A stretch of DNA of 64,000 bases from a virus. The DNA is taken from the IMG/VR virus record IMGVR_UViG_3300021961_000019; one strand, written 5' to 3'. The notes below the pieces were generated by a model, which was not told the DNA's origin, made no database searches, and saw nothing but the letters and a program-made list of their open reading frames with translations. This document shows positions 53,423 to 62,664 of this stretch, in pieces; position 1 is the stretch's first letter; each line of letters opens with the position of its first letter. A program made the position numbers and the translations under genes.

Positions 53423-54559
53423 TTATTTGCTAAATTGTGAAAGTGTCTTCAGATATGCTGCCATCGATCCGGAAACTGATTCCGGTGAGGAATCAACACC
53501 TTCTGACAGAGTTTCAGTTTTAGCGGTTGGAGCTTTGCCGGGAGCAAAATATGCTTCCTTCAGAGTTTCCAACTTTTCACGATATGCTTCTTCACTTTCA
53601 AACTCAACACTTTCGGCAAGTGAAGCGAGCTTGTCTTTCTGTGTGGCCGCAAGACCTTCAGAAATTTCGTCAAGAATGTTGTCTGCAACAGCCTCTGCAA
53701 GACGCTTGTTGAGATTTACATTCTTCTCAATCTGCTCGTTGAGTTTTGTCTCCATGTCATCAAGTTTTTCTACCATGCTCTCAAGAACATCATATTTATC
53801 TTCAGGGATTGCTACATAATGATCTTCAAAAAGTCCTCTTAAGTTATGGAGGAACGATTCAGTAAGTTCGGTCTTAAGACCATGCTCTATTGCTAGGGCA
53901 TTCTCAGTAAACCACTCTTCGCTTACATACTCCAGGTATGAATCTACGCGAAGTGCTAGTGATTCTTTGATAGCTTCGACTTCTTCCAGGAGTTGCTCTT
54001 CGTATTGAACTTGGAGATCTTCCTTGATCTCAGCAACTTTGGAGAGTAGTGCGGACTCAAAGATGGTGCGAGCCTTATCTTGGAATTCCTCAGAAAGATC
54101 TTCGTCAGCAAGAAGTGCATTAACATCTTCTTCGATGTCATACTCTTCCTTACATTCCTTCTCGTCTTCCTCATCCTCATCTTCGTCCTCATCCTCTTCA
54201 TCTGCTTCTTTAGCAGCAGCCTCTAGGAGTTCTTCGTCCTCATCATCCAATTCAAGCTCTTCTTCTTCCTTAACTGCACCACCCTTAAGGTGTGGCATAG
54301 CATCGGCAGCTGCAGCACCCTTATTAACAACATCCTTAACTTGCTTAAGGGTTGCGCCAGGGGTCTTCAGTTTAGCTGAATCGTCGTCAGACTTATAGTT
54401 TTCTGGTGTAGGTCCACCAAGATCTTCCCAATTGCCACTCTGGCCTGGGGTGTCTCCGGATAGAGAAGGCATGGGATCTGCTGCTTTTGCACCAGCATTA
54501 ACAGCGGTTTTTGAGTGCTTTGTGCCTACTTCCATCTCTTGTAAATCTTCACGGGACAT
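53423..54559 (-). CDS. gp22: Prohead scaffolding core protein
   Basis: Acidic coiled coil, KARTIFE, VDSYLEYV..EW..EN; synteny. Confidence 0.93.
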   Translation of the reverse strand: MSREDLQEMEVGTKHSKTAVNAGAKAADPMPSLSGDTPGQSGNWEDLGGPTPENYKSDDDSAKLKTPGATLKQVKDVVNKGAAAADAMPHLKGGAVKEEEELELDDEDEELLEAAAKEADEEDEDEDEDEEDEKECKEEYDIEEDVNALLADEDLSEEFQDKARTIFESALLSKVAEIKEDLQVQYEEQLLEEVEAIKESLALRVDSYLEYVSEEWFTENALAIEHGLKTELTESFLHNLRGLFEDHYVAIPEDKYDVLESMVEKLDDMETKLNEQIEKNVNLNKRLAEAVADNILDEISEGLAATQKDKLASLAESVEFESEEAYREKLETLKEAYFAPGKAPTAKTETLSEGVDSSPESVSGSMAAYLKTLSQFSK

Positions 54560-54607
54560 TTGAACTCTCCGATTTTTTCCTAGAATTAATCTATATTTAT
54601 TTATAAA

Positions 54608-55258
54608 TTAGAGATTTGCCAGAAAGTCATTAAACAATTGTAGTTTATGCTCCTGCAACCTTTTTTCATCCACCAAAGTATTAATTCTTCTGGTGGTGGT
54701 TTCAGCGAGTTTTTCACGAAGGATTCCACCTTCCCAAACCCACTCTTTACCTTCCATAATTCCCTGAACAAATGCATCAGGTGCAGAAGGATCTGCTACA
54801 ATATCAGCAGCAGTTGCAAGCATAAAGTCTTCACCGACTTCCATCCAACCTTCTTTTGTTTGTCTTACGGATCCAATACCTCTTGACGAAACGCCAAGAG
54901 TTACTCCCTCTTTGAGAAGAGACTCCGCAATTTTGCCCATAGGTGTTGATAAAATTTGTGCCTTTCCAATAAAGTTATTTCCACGTTGTTCTAGGGAAAC
55001 AATCTTATGAGAAACGCGGTCAAGATTAACTGTTGGACCCTCTGGGTGTCCAAGTTCACCTAAAGCACGACCCTTGTTAATATATCCTTCAGTATAACGC
55101 TTGACCTCTCTCTCCATTACATCGCGACGATAGACTCGATTATTACGATTCTTCTGCTCAGTTTGAAGAAATGGTCCGGTAATATAGAGGGTCTTTTTGC
55201 CGTTCACACTTTCAGTAATGACCTTTACTGATTCAATTTCTTCTGTGATGAGTAACAT
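54608..55258 (-). CDS. gp21: Prohead protease
   Basis: LITEE, ALGELGHP, GVSSRG, DIVADPSAPDA; start reassigned. Confidence 0.96.
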   Translation of the reverse strand: MLLITEEIESVKVITESVNGKKTLYITGPFLQTEQKNRNNRVYRRDVMEREVKRYTEGYINKGRALGELGHPEGPTVNLDRVSHKIVSLEQRGNNFIGKAQILSTPMGKIAESLLKEGVTLGVSSRGIGSVRQTKEGWMEVGEDFMLATAADIVADPSAPDAFVQGIMEGKEWVWEGGILREKLAETTTRRINTLVDEKRLQEHKLQLFNDFLANL

Positions 55259-55259
55259 C

Positions 55260-55811
55260 TTAGGCGTCTCCTGTAACTTGAACTTGCTGAGCATAAAGAG
55301 TTCCTGATCCAGAACTTGTTCTAGATGAAATCTTGACCGATCTTCTCAGAACACCATCTGGCGCAGTAAAATCATGACCAACTGCTATAGAATTGTATGA
55401 AATTCCAATTCCAGTAGAGAAGGATCCATCATAGGATGCTCTATTGTCCACAGAAATTACTCTTTGGTGAGTAAAGTTCCATGCAGAATCAATTGTGGAT
55501 GTGAACGATACATAATCGCCAACTGCAAATACGGTTCCAGTACCTTCTGCAAAGGTTACTGTAGTAATTGCTCCGGATGAAATACCAGCAACTACCTGTG
55601 TTGCTGTATCAAGTGTCAACGTTGCAGAGGTTCCAGCAGGAATGAGATAATCAGTTACAGCAGCAGTTGGGCTGTAACCAATTGCCACATGTGCATTCTG
55701 CTGATCCGCTACAATACGAATTGATTTTGTTTGTACTGAAATCGGAACAGATAGTGCGGGTGATGTGGTAATCGCAAAAGATGTCCCATTTCCAACTGGT
55801 CTATGCGTCAT
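55260..55811 (-). CDS. 183-aa beta-rich putative structural protein
   Basis: Late box upstream; S/T/G-rich. Confidence 0.75.
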   Translation of the reverse strand: MTHRPVGNGTSFAITTSPALSVPISVQTKSIRIVADQQNAHVAIGYSPTAAVTDYLIPAGTSATLTLDTATQVVAGISSGAITTVTFAEGTGTVFAVGDYVSFTSTIDSAWNFTHQRVISVDNRASYDGSFSTGIGISYNSIAVGHDFTAPDGVLRRSVKISSRTSSGSGTLYAQQVQVTGDA

Positions 55812-55847
55812 TTTCTTTGGGCGTTTATTTAGTTATTTATTCATTTA

Positions 55848-57056
55848 TTAAGTTAAGTCATAAAATTCCAGAGAACCAATAGCATCTCCTGACCCCGATA
55901 ATGTTCTAATTGCCAGTGTGATAATGTCACTTACCTTTGCCTGAGTTCTTCCGAGCTGAAGATCCCAATTATATTCTTCAGAGGTGGAGACTGCACCACT
56001 TGCTTGATTTGATCCTGCAAGATATTCTCTATGAATGATTTGTCCACCAGAAAGCGCAGTGGATGTTCTATCAAAATAGACGTTTGGTGATGGTGAAGAT
56101 GAAAATGCTGCCCCAGTTAGAGTTGCATTTTTAATCACAGCAATTTCATAATTAATATTGTTACTTAATGGTAATGTTTGATAAGTATGAAGAAGTATAA
56201 TTCCATCTCCTCTTTCTGGTGCCAAACGATATGAAACTAAGGGTTGAAAAGTTAATCCAATTCCAGTCAGAGGTTGTGGTCTTGCAATGGTATTTGGAGC
56301 AACTTTTTTTTCATATCCCCCGTTTGATATGATGGATACACAAACTTGCTTCAACGTTGATGCTGATCCAACATTTCCAGTGTTGATAATTTCATATCTA
56401 ATTGGAAGAGATGCCGTCGTCATGTAAACAGAATTCAACGTATTTGCATGATCAAAACGGTGTGCAATAATAAATGTCCCATCAACTACAACTCCAACTC
56501 TCACCGATCCCGCACCCAACCACTCAAACTCCGAAAATAAAATTTGAATTTTTGATGGATCTAGGATAACTCCACTTGGACCATTTCCATCAAGAGTGTC
56601 GTGGTTCCATTCGGATTGTGGAACTGTGACTACGGTTCCAACACCAGAAATTGCTGTGCGCTTAATAATGTTCAGGTCAGATCCATTCAATTCCAACATC
56701 ACACCATTCTCTGATGATGCATATCCAACTCTCTGTACCAGATTTGGTTTTGGTGCTTCAAAAACAAATGTCTGAAGACATTGTAGAGATTTTCCGGGTT
56801 GATATTTGTATACTCTTTTGCTTTCGCGAATATAACTGCACCCAGATGTACTCCCAATGGTTAATGTTGCCGTACTTTGTGATGTAATAATTCCAGAAGT
56901 TGATCCGGATCCAACAATCACATCATCAAAATCCCCATCCTGAGAATATCTGTGAGACGCATCAAATACTGTATATGGATTTGATACTTTCAATCTTCCA
57001 AATAAATCTCCAGAGAAACCCTTTCCTAGGGGACTCTGATCATATAAGTGTGACAT
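55848..57056 (-). CDS. 402-aa beta-rich putative virion protein
   Basis: D.FGRL.VSNP.T.FD, YQPGKS, EWLGAG.VR motifs. Confidence 0.78.
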   Translation of the reverse strand: MSHLYDQSPLGKGFSGDLFGRLKVSNPYTVFDASHRYSQDGDFDDVIVGSGSTSGIITSQSTATLTIGSTSGCSYIRESKRVYKYQPGKSLQCLQTFVFEAPKPNLVQRVGYASSENGVMLELNGSDLNIIKRTAISGVGTVVTVPQSEWNHDTLDGNGPSGVILDPSKIQILFSEFEWLGAGSVRVGVVVDGTFIIAHRFDHANTLNSVYMTTASLPIRYEIINTGNVGSASTLKQVCVSIISNGGYEKKVAPNTIARPQPLTGIGLTFQPLVSYRLAPERGDGIILLHTYQTLPLSNNINYEIAVIKNATLTGAAFSSSPSPNVYFDRTSTALSGGQIIHREYLAGSNQASGAVSTSEEYNWDLQLGRTQAKVSDIITLAIRTLSGSGDAIGSLEFYDLT

Positions 57057-57808
57057 TAGACGACCCTCCAGGAATTACCTCTCCAAATAAACGTAAGCGA
57101 TCCATAATCATATGCAAGAATTGCTCTATCTCTACCATCAATCAAATCGGAACCTGATGGGAATATTGTGATGTATCTGTTCGTTCCTTTTGATGCTTCT
57201 CCAAGTTCATCTTTTACGACAAACTTTTTACCTTCCTTTTCAGCATATGGAAGAGTAATTGACACTGCTCCAGCATAATTTACGCCAATGTAATAATCCT
57301 TATGTGACGCAGTATATGTAGAAGATGTCACATAAGTAACTGGCACATCCATATAGGTGAGGTTGGTTTCTCCGCCACCACCTAGTGTTGAGAGTTGCTG
57401 CTGAACTCTTGTTATAAACTTGCTATAATGCTTTTGAAGTTGGTCAAAGGTTACAAAATTTTGATCCAGAGGTGTCAAAGGATCTGAATTTTTTGTGTTG
57501 GATGGTTCCGCCAACAATCCTAATGTTTTTTCAATCAGAGTTTGCTCCTTACTTTCAAGAACCTCTACGACTTCTTGAATGTCTGGATGTGGAGAATATA
57601 GGGGACCTTCATAGTTTCCTGCAAATTCAGTTTCCTCCTTCTTAGGACCCCTCTTCTTCTTACTCTTTTTTACCTCCTCTTTCAGCGGAGAAAGAAAGAA
57701 TTCTTCAAAGGAGTTGGATACAATCTCATCAACCTCCTTCTTTCTCTTCTTCTTTTCTTCGCCAATTTGTTTGAAAAAATCTCCTAGGTCGGAACTATCC
57801 ACATTCAC
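57056..57808 (-). CDS. 250-aa protein with charged N-terminus, GGGGE hinge and fibre-like C-terminal domain
   Basis: ORF coupled to its neighbours. Confidence 0.75.
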   Translation of the reverse strand: MNVDSSDLGDFFKQIGEEKKKRKKEVDEIVSNSFEEFFLSPLKEEVKKSKKKRGPKKEETEFAGNYEGPLYSPHPDIQEVVEVLESKEQTLIEKTLGLLAEPSNTKNSDPLTPLDQNFVTFDQLQKHYSKFITRVQQQLSTLGGGGETNLTYMDVPVTYVTSSTYTASHKDYYIGVNYAGAVSITLPYAEKEGKKFVVKDELGEASKGTNRYITIFPSGSDLIDGRDRAILAYDYGSLTFIWRGNSWRVV

Positions 57809-57972
57809 TCCTCATCAGTCACCCCAGGTTGAAACATAGATTGGGCTACAATAGGTTTTGCAACATCAATCCTTTCAGATGCCTTTGCAAAAAGCATATC
57901 CTTGATTTTGTCACTAATATCCGATGGGGAACTATCAGTAACAATCATATCCATAAGATCATCCATTTCCAT
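57805..57972 (-). CDS. 55-aa acidic prohead core protein (gp67-like position)
   Basis: Read manually: MEMDDLMDMIVTDSSPSDISDKIKDMLFAKASERID...; directly downstream of portal. Confidence 0.7.
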   Translation of the reverse strand: MEMDDLMDMIVTDSSPSDISDKIKDMLFAKASERIDVAKPIVAQSMFQPGVTDEE

Positions 57973-58010
57973 ATCTAATCCTAATTTGAATTAAAAGTCT
58001 GTTCTATTTA

Positions 58011-59678
58011 TTAGATCTCTCCGCCAGAAGGAGGTTCAAATTTAGATGCATCTGCTTCCATATCCGGTTCCATAACCGGACTTCCCAAATCAGGTTGCAT
58101 CGATGGATCCATAGGTTGCCCTGTTGCAGGATCTATAGGTGCATTTGGATCTGGAATTTCACCATTTTCAATTTCCTTAGTGATGATTTTATCTTGCTCT
58201 ATAATTTCCTCATCATTTTGACGAAGAATTTGCTTTCTGACATAATCCTTGGAGAAATACTTGCCAACATAAGGTTCTGCAGTAGCAACCAAGTTGAGTC
58301 TTTCTGTTAGAATTTCCGCATCCTTCAATTCTGAGAAGTGATTGTCATATAGGAAATCGTATTGAATATGTTGCGCCATCTTATCCCAATCTTCTGGTGT
58401 GATGATGTTCTTCAGAATGAGTTGTGTCTTAAGAATATCATTAAACATATTTGAGAATCTCATTCTCAAACGACCAACAAATTTGGTGAACTTAAGTTCA
58501 TCTCTCAAAATTTCCGATGATCTGCCAAGATTAAATCCACTATCACCATCCATTCTGGATGATGGGACATTCAGGGAGCGGAACAACTTCTTCTTGAAGT
58601 ATTCAATATCGGTAATTTCTCCAAGATTTTGGCCACCTGGGAGAGTTGTGATTTCAGTTCCTCTTCCACCTTCTCTACGTGGAAGCCAGAAATCTTCTAG
58701 CATACTCATATACTTCTTATCATCACGGATTTCTCCTGTAGATGCATCGTATACAAGTTTGTTTCTATATCTCATCATCACATCGCGCAGATACTGCTCT
58801 GCCTTTACCTTTGGAAGGTTGCCAACGTCAATATAGAAAATTCTTCTTTCTGGTGCGCGTGACAGACGATAGATCACAAGACTATCCTCAATCATTCTAA
58901 GTTGATTGAGGGACTTAATTGCTTTATGAAGATATGATAAGCAAATGCCCTTATTCCTATCAATCAGACCCGAGTTGCAATATGCGATTGCATCTCTTGT
59001 GATCTTAATTCCACCTTCTCCACCCATAGATGCTGGGTTTTGTGATGGATAATTTCTTTGTGGATTGTAGATAAAATACTCATCAATCTGAGGGAATTCG
59101 TAGTTCAAAGGATCCCCCATATCCTTTTGTCTATAATTGATTGCTTTTTGATTATTATCTTCCTTTCTCTGCTGACGGACATAACGAATCTTCATGGAAT
59201 CAATATATCTCAATTCCTGAATACCCTCATGGGGGTTTTTAAAATCAATCACCTTGTGGTAATAGATTCTACCATCAACATACCAGTTTCTATAAATTTC
59301 ATGGCACTTTTTGTTAAAGTCAAGAAGACTTAGAATGTGCTTAAATTCTTCTCTAATTTTTTTCTTAATACCATCACTTGCATTAAGATTTGAGAGTTCA
59401 ATCTTAACAGGAACATCATTCGAATCTGAAACGATTGCTTCATTCACAATATCTTCAATTGCACTATCACACTCTGGATGAAGTGCCATTTCACGATATC
59501 TTTTAATGAGATCAAACTCGGTTCTATAGACTCCCTCAATATCTACATAAGACCCAAAAAATCCACTAGTCAGATAATGATCAACCCCATCCTCAGAATT
59601 TTGAGGAACAGGGGACACCGCACTAGGGGATAATTTATCAGAATCGTCTTCAAGAGAAAAACCAAACAAACGTGTCAT
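58011..59678 (-). CDS. gp20: Portal vertex protein
   Basis: WYVDGR, YRLSRAPERRIFYIDVGNLP, EDFWLPRREGGRGTEI. Confidence 0.98.
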   Translation of the reverse strand: MTRLFGFSLEDDSDKLSPSAVSPVPQNSEDGVDHYLTSGFFGSYVDIEGVYRTEFDLIKRYREMALHPECDSAIEDIVNEAIVSDSNDVPVKIELSNLNASDGIKKKIREEFKHILSLLDFNKKCHEIYRNWYVDGRIYYHKVIDFKNPHEGIQELRYIDSMKIRYVRQQRKEDNNQKAINYRQKDMGDPLNYEFPQIDEYFIYNPQRNYPSQNPASMGGEGGIKITRDAIAYCNSGLIDRNKGICLSYLHKAIKSLNQLRMIEDSLVIYRLSRAPERRIFYIDVGNLPKVKAEQYLRDVMMRYRNKLVYDASTGEIRDDKKYMSMLEDFWLPRREGGRGTEITTLPGGQNLGEITDIEYFKKKLFRSLNVPSSRMDGDSGFNLGRSSEILRDELKFTKFVGRLRMRFSNMFNDILKTQLILKNIITPEDWDKMAQHIQYDFLYDNHFSELKDAEILTERLNLVATAEPYVGKYFSKDYVRKQILRQNDEEIIEQDKIITKEIENGEIPDPNAPIDPATGQPMDPSMQPDLGSPVMEPDMEADASKFEPPSGGEI

Positions 59679-59716
59679 TATTAGAGAATGAATTGATCTC
59701 TTCTATTTATGAACAT

Positions 59717-59744
59717 AAAAAAAGACCCCCCTTGCGGAGGGTCT
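59717..59744 (-). terminator. Intrinsic terminator after gp19
   Basis: AGACCCTCC-GCAA-GGGGGGTCT followed by a T run. Confidence 0.8.
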
Positions 59745-59759
59745 GAATGTTTTGGTGAA

Positions 59760-60374
59760 TCAAGCACCAGCACCAGCAGCTTCTGGGTAGAAGTATTGAA
59801 CTTGCAGTTCTACTGTGAACTCCTCAAGAGTATCTGTTGACTCATAGGAGAGGTCAATTGCAGAAACATTAGTTGGGAATACATCCACGAACTGGTATTG
59901 TGCCAGAATTTCAGCATTTCCACTATCGGTTGCATTGCCCTGTTGTACAACAGGTGCTCTACCAAGCTGGAAGACCTTTGCCATGCCCATGTAATCGGCA
60001 GGATTGGTGAGACCAGAGTGATCGCCATACTGAGCGACGTTCTGCATCCATGCTTCGAAGGATCTTCTGTGACTGAAGTTCTCATCGTTGATGACTGTGA
60101 TGGTCCAGGTGTCGAAGGTTCTGTCTCCAGCAACCTTCAGAATACGACCTCTGAATGGAACATCAACGGGAGCAACGTTAGAAGCTGGCAGAGCAGCTGC
60201 CTTGCACAGGAATCTGAAGTTGTTGGCGTCGAATGTGCCACCACCATCACCTTGAACGCCCAGATTAACTCCGGTTGGGAAAGTTACGTCAACCTCAAAG
60301 AGGTTGGGGCGGGCACCGCCGCCAACCAATTGAGACTTAAATTGTGATACGCCTCTGACTGGAATAGTTGCCAT
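59760..60374 (-). CDS. gp19: Tail tube protein
   Basis: GGARPNLFEV, FRGR..KVAGDRTF..WT.TV.ND. Confidence 0.96.
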   Translation of the reverse strand: MATIPVRGVSQFKSQLVGGGARPNLFEVDVTFPTGVNLGVQGDGGGTFDANNFRFLCKAAALPASNVAPVDVPFRGRILKVAGDRTFDTWTITVINDENFSHRRSFEAWMQNVAQYGDHSGLTNPADYMGMAKVFQLGRAPVVQQGNATDSGNAEILAQYQFVDVFPTNVSAIDLSYESTDTLEEFTVELQVQYFYPEAAGAGA

Positions 60375-60421
60375 TTTTTAAATCCTCTTGCTGTAGTTTG
60401 TGATATGGTTTACAGTTAAAA

Positions 60422-62608
60422 TCAAACGGTGCCTGCAACCTCTTCGAAGTCAACTCCGGTGCGAGTTGCTACGAAGGTCAGGGTTACATAGTTAATGGAC
60501 TTAGCAGGCTTCAGGAAGATGTCTGCTCTGAACTCGTTATTGTCAATAACGTCAGGTGTGTTGTTTGTCTCATCGCAAACTACAAGGAATCCATACAGAC
60601 CACGCTTCGCTTGAACATCGCGGAGATAAGGTTCTACGATGTTTACGAAGTTTGCTCTTGTAATTTGGTCATTCAGTTCGAAGAGTTGTGCCTGAGCGGA
60701 TCTCTCAAGTGCTTGCTCCACGGTAAGGAACAGACGACGAACGTTAATTCTATCGAATGCGGATGAATATCCGAGAGCAGTCTTATCACCGAAGAGAAGA
60801 ATACCAATTCCTGGTTGGTTCACAATCGCGTTTACACGTTGTGGATACAGGCGGTCTCTTTGTGCCTTATTAGGATTATAAGCAAGTTTGATTGCGTTGT
60901 TCAGAATGCCTCTTTGCTGACCCGCTGGTGAGAACCAAGGATATGCAAAGATGCTAGTTCTTACACACAGACCGGCAACGTCTGCGTTACATGGAATCCA
61001 GCGGAATCTGTTGTTGAAGCGGTCATACATGTACTTATAACCACTGTCAAATGTCACGTATGAAGAAGATCCAAGTGAGCTGAAGAACTCAATTACGTTG
61101 TCAGTTTGAGTATTTGTATTTGTCAGATCAACAACGTCTTCACGGTGAGGTGAAATCATCGCCATGCAATCCTTTCTCAGGTTTGCAACAGAGATTAGGT
61201 GATTTGCCTTGGCCTGTGATTCATCCTTATAAAGGCAACCAGGACCCATGATTAGGTAATCAACCGCGATTTCGTCTCTGTTGGCGAAGAGTTCGTAACC
61301 AGTAATTAGGTCTCCAAGTTCTGCCTTCATACCACCAGCAGCAGAGTAGTCAACACCACCAGTAAGGTTGTATGTGACATTACCGATAGAGCTGAAGTTG
61401 AGGCTCTGTACATCGCGGTTCCAGGAACCATCAGACTCGGTGATTGGATTCCATCCACCAAGAGTATCAAATCCGTTTGCTCTTGGAGTTGTATCGTGAT
61501 ATGTGTCTACACCAGTTGATGGGTTGTCACCAACAAACAGATAGTCGGAGAATTGTGCGATATACTCCTTCCAGAAGATCTTCTGAGGCGAGTTGACTGC
61601 AGAGATGCAATCTTTTGCCTTGGAGATGTTAATGTGCTTCTCTAGGAGGTTTCCGGTGATGCCTGTTACGGTTCCGCTGTCATCGATGACAACAACGTGC
61701 ATCGCGTCGTTCTTACCTCTTCTATCAGAAGCGTAGCGGTTTGTTTGTGGTTTTGGAGCAATAGATCTCCAGTAGATCGATGCGTTTGTGAGTTCAAGTT
61801 TCTGGGACTCGTACCAATCAGTAACCTCAGCAGCAATAAATCCAGTACCAACTCCAGCACCAGAGTTATTGACGAAGCTCAGGGAGTCATTCTTGAGGTA
61901 TGAAGCAACTCTAGAGAACTCTGCATAAGAAATTGCAGTTGCGACTCCAGCAGAAGTTACTCTCTCAACGATCTTAACATCGATGGTGCTGTTGCCAGTT
62001 GCGGCAGTTGTAACACCAGTAATGATGCCCTTCACATAACCGGTGAAGAGTTCTGTAGCACCAACACCAGCGAATACGCTATTGATGCCAACGGTTACAC
62101 CATAACCGATCAGAGCACCAGCAGCGCCAAGGTCAGCAGTAGCAATACCGATGGTCTGGTCTGCCAGATCGTCGATCATGCAAACTTTAAGGTTGTTTGC
62201 CCAAGATCCAGGGTTCTTCGCAGCAAAGACATAATCGGCAATATCATCTGCCCAATTTGCCTCATAGTCGTCAAAGTTCTTGATCTTTACTGTGGTGTTT
62301 GCAGCACCAACACCAGCATTAGCATTGTTAAGTGCTCCACCATCTGCTCTTACGACTTTAAGAATGCCGCCATAAGAGAGGAATGATGAGCAGCTCAGCC
62401 AATACTCATACTGTGCATCAGTAGAAAGTGGCTTACCGAAGTTCTTGATGAGATCCTGCTCGGTAAAGATGTCAATTGGGTCTTCAACTGGACCGATTGC
62501 AAAGGGACCCGCAATTGCTCCAATATTATCTAAAACATTATCAGCTCTTCCTACTGTTAAGTCAACCTCCCTAATCAATACGCCGGGAGACAATTGAGGA
62601 GTCGCCAT
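60422..62608 (-). CDS. gp18: Tail sheath protein
   Basis: SPGV..REVDLT, PWFSPAG..RG, RINVRRLF, KPAKSINY. Confidence 0.97.
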   Translation of the reverse strand: MATPQLSPGVLIREVDLTVGRADNVLDNIGAIAGPFAIGPVEDPIDIFTEQDLIKNFGKPLSTDAQYEYWLSCSSFLSYGGILKVVRADGGALNNANAGVGAANTTVKIKNFDDYEANWADDIADYVFAAKNPGSWANNLKVCMIDDLADQTIGIATADLGAAGALIGYGVTVGINSVFAGVGATELFTGYVKGIITGVTTAATGNSTIDVKIVERVTSAGVATAISYAEFSRVASYLKNDSLSFVNNSGAGVGTGFIAAEVTDWYESQKLELTNASIYWRSIAPKPQTNRYASDRRGKNDAMHVVVIDDSGTVTGITGNLLEKHINISKAKDCISAVNSPQKIFWKEYIAQFSDYLFVGDNPSTGVDTYHDTTPRANGFDTLGGWNPITESDGSWNRDVQSLNFSSIGNVTYNLTGGVDYSAAGGMKAELGDLITGYELFANRDEIAVDYLIMGPGCLYKDESQAKANHLISVANLRKDCMAMISPHREDVVDLTNTNTQTDNVIEFFSSLGSSSYVTFDSGYKYMYDRFNNRFRWIPCNADVAGLCVRTSIFAYPWFSPAGQQRGILNNAIKLAYNPNKAQRDRLYPQRVNAIVNQPGIGILLFGDKTALGYSSAFDRINVRRLFLTVEQALERSAQAQLFELNDQITRANFVNIVEPYLRDVQAKRGLYGFLVVCDETNNTPDVIDNNEFRADIFLKPAKSINYVTLTFVATRTGVDFEEVAGTV

Positions 62609-62664
62609 GTTTTTTTGCTCCTTGAAACTCAGATATTTCTAAAAATATTTATTAATTTGAACAT

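Noticed and set aside
51875-54398. Plus-strand ORFs over gp23 and gp22, including a poly-Ser ORF at 54024-54398
   Set aside because: They arise from codon bias of highly expressed genes and the gp22 Glu/Asp tract read in reverse
26688-55294. N-terminal extensions in ORF-track calls (uvsX, gp62, gp45, gp21, AAA ATPase, 39686 ORF)
   Set aside because: The extensions overlap upstream genes or promoters; internal ATGs match family N-termini
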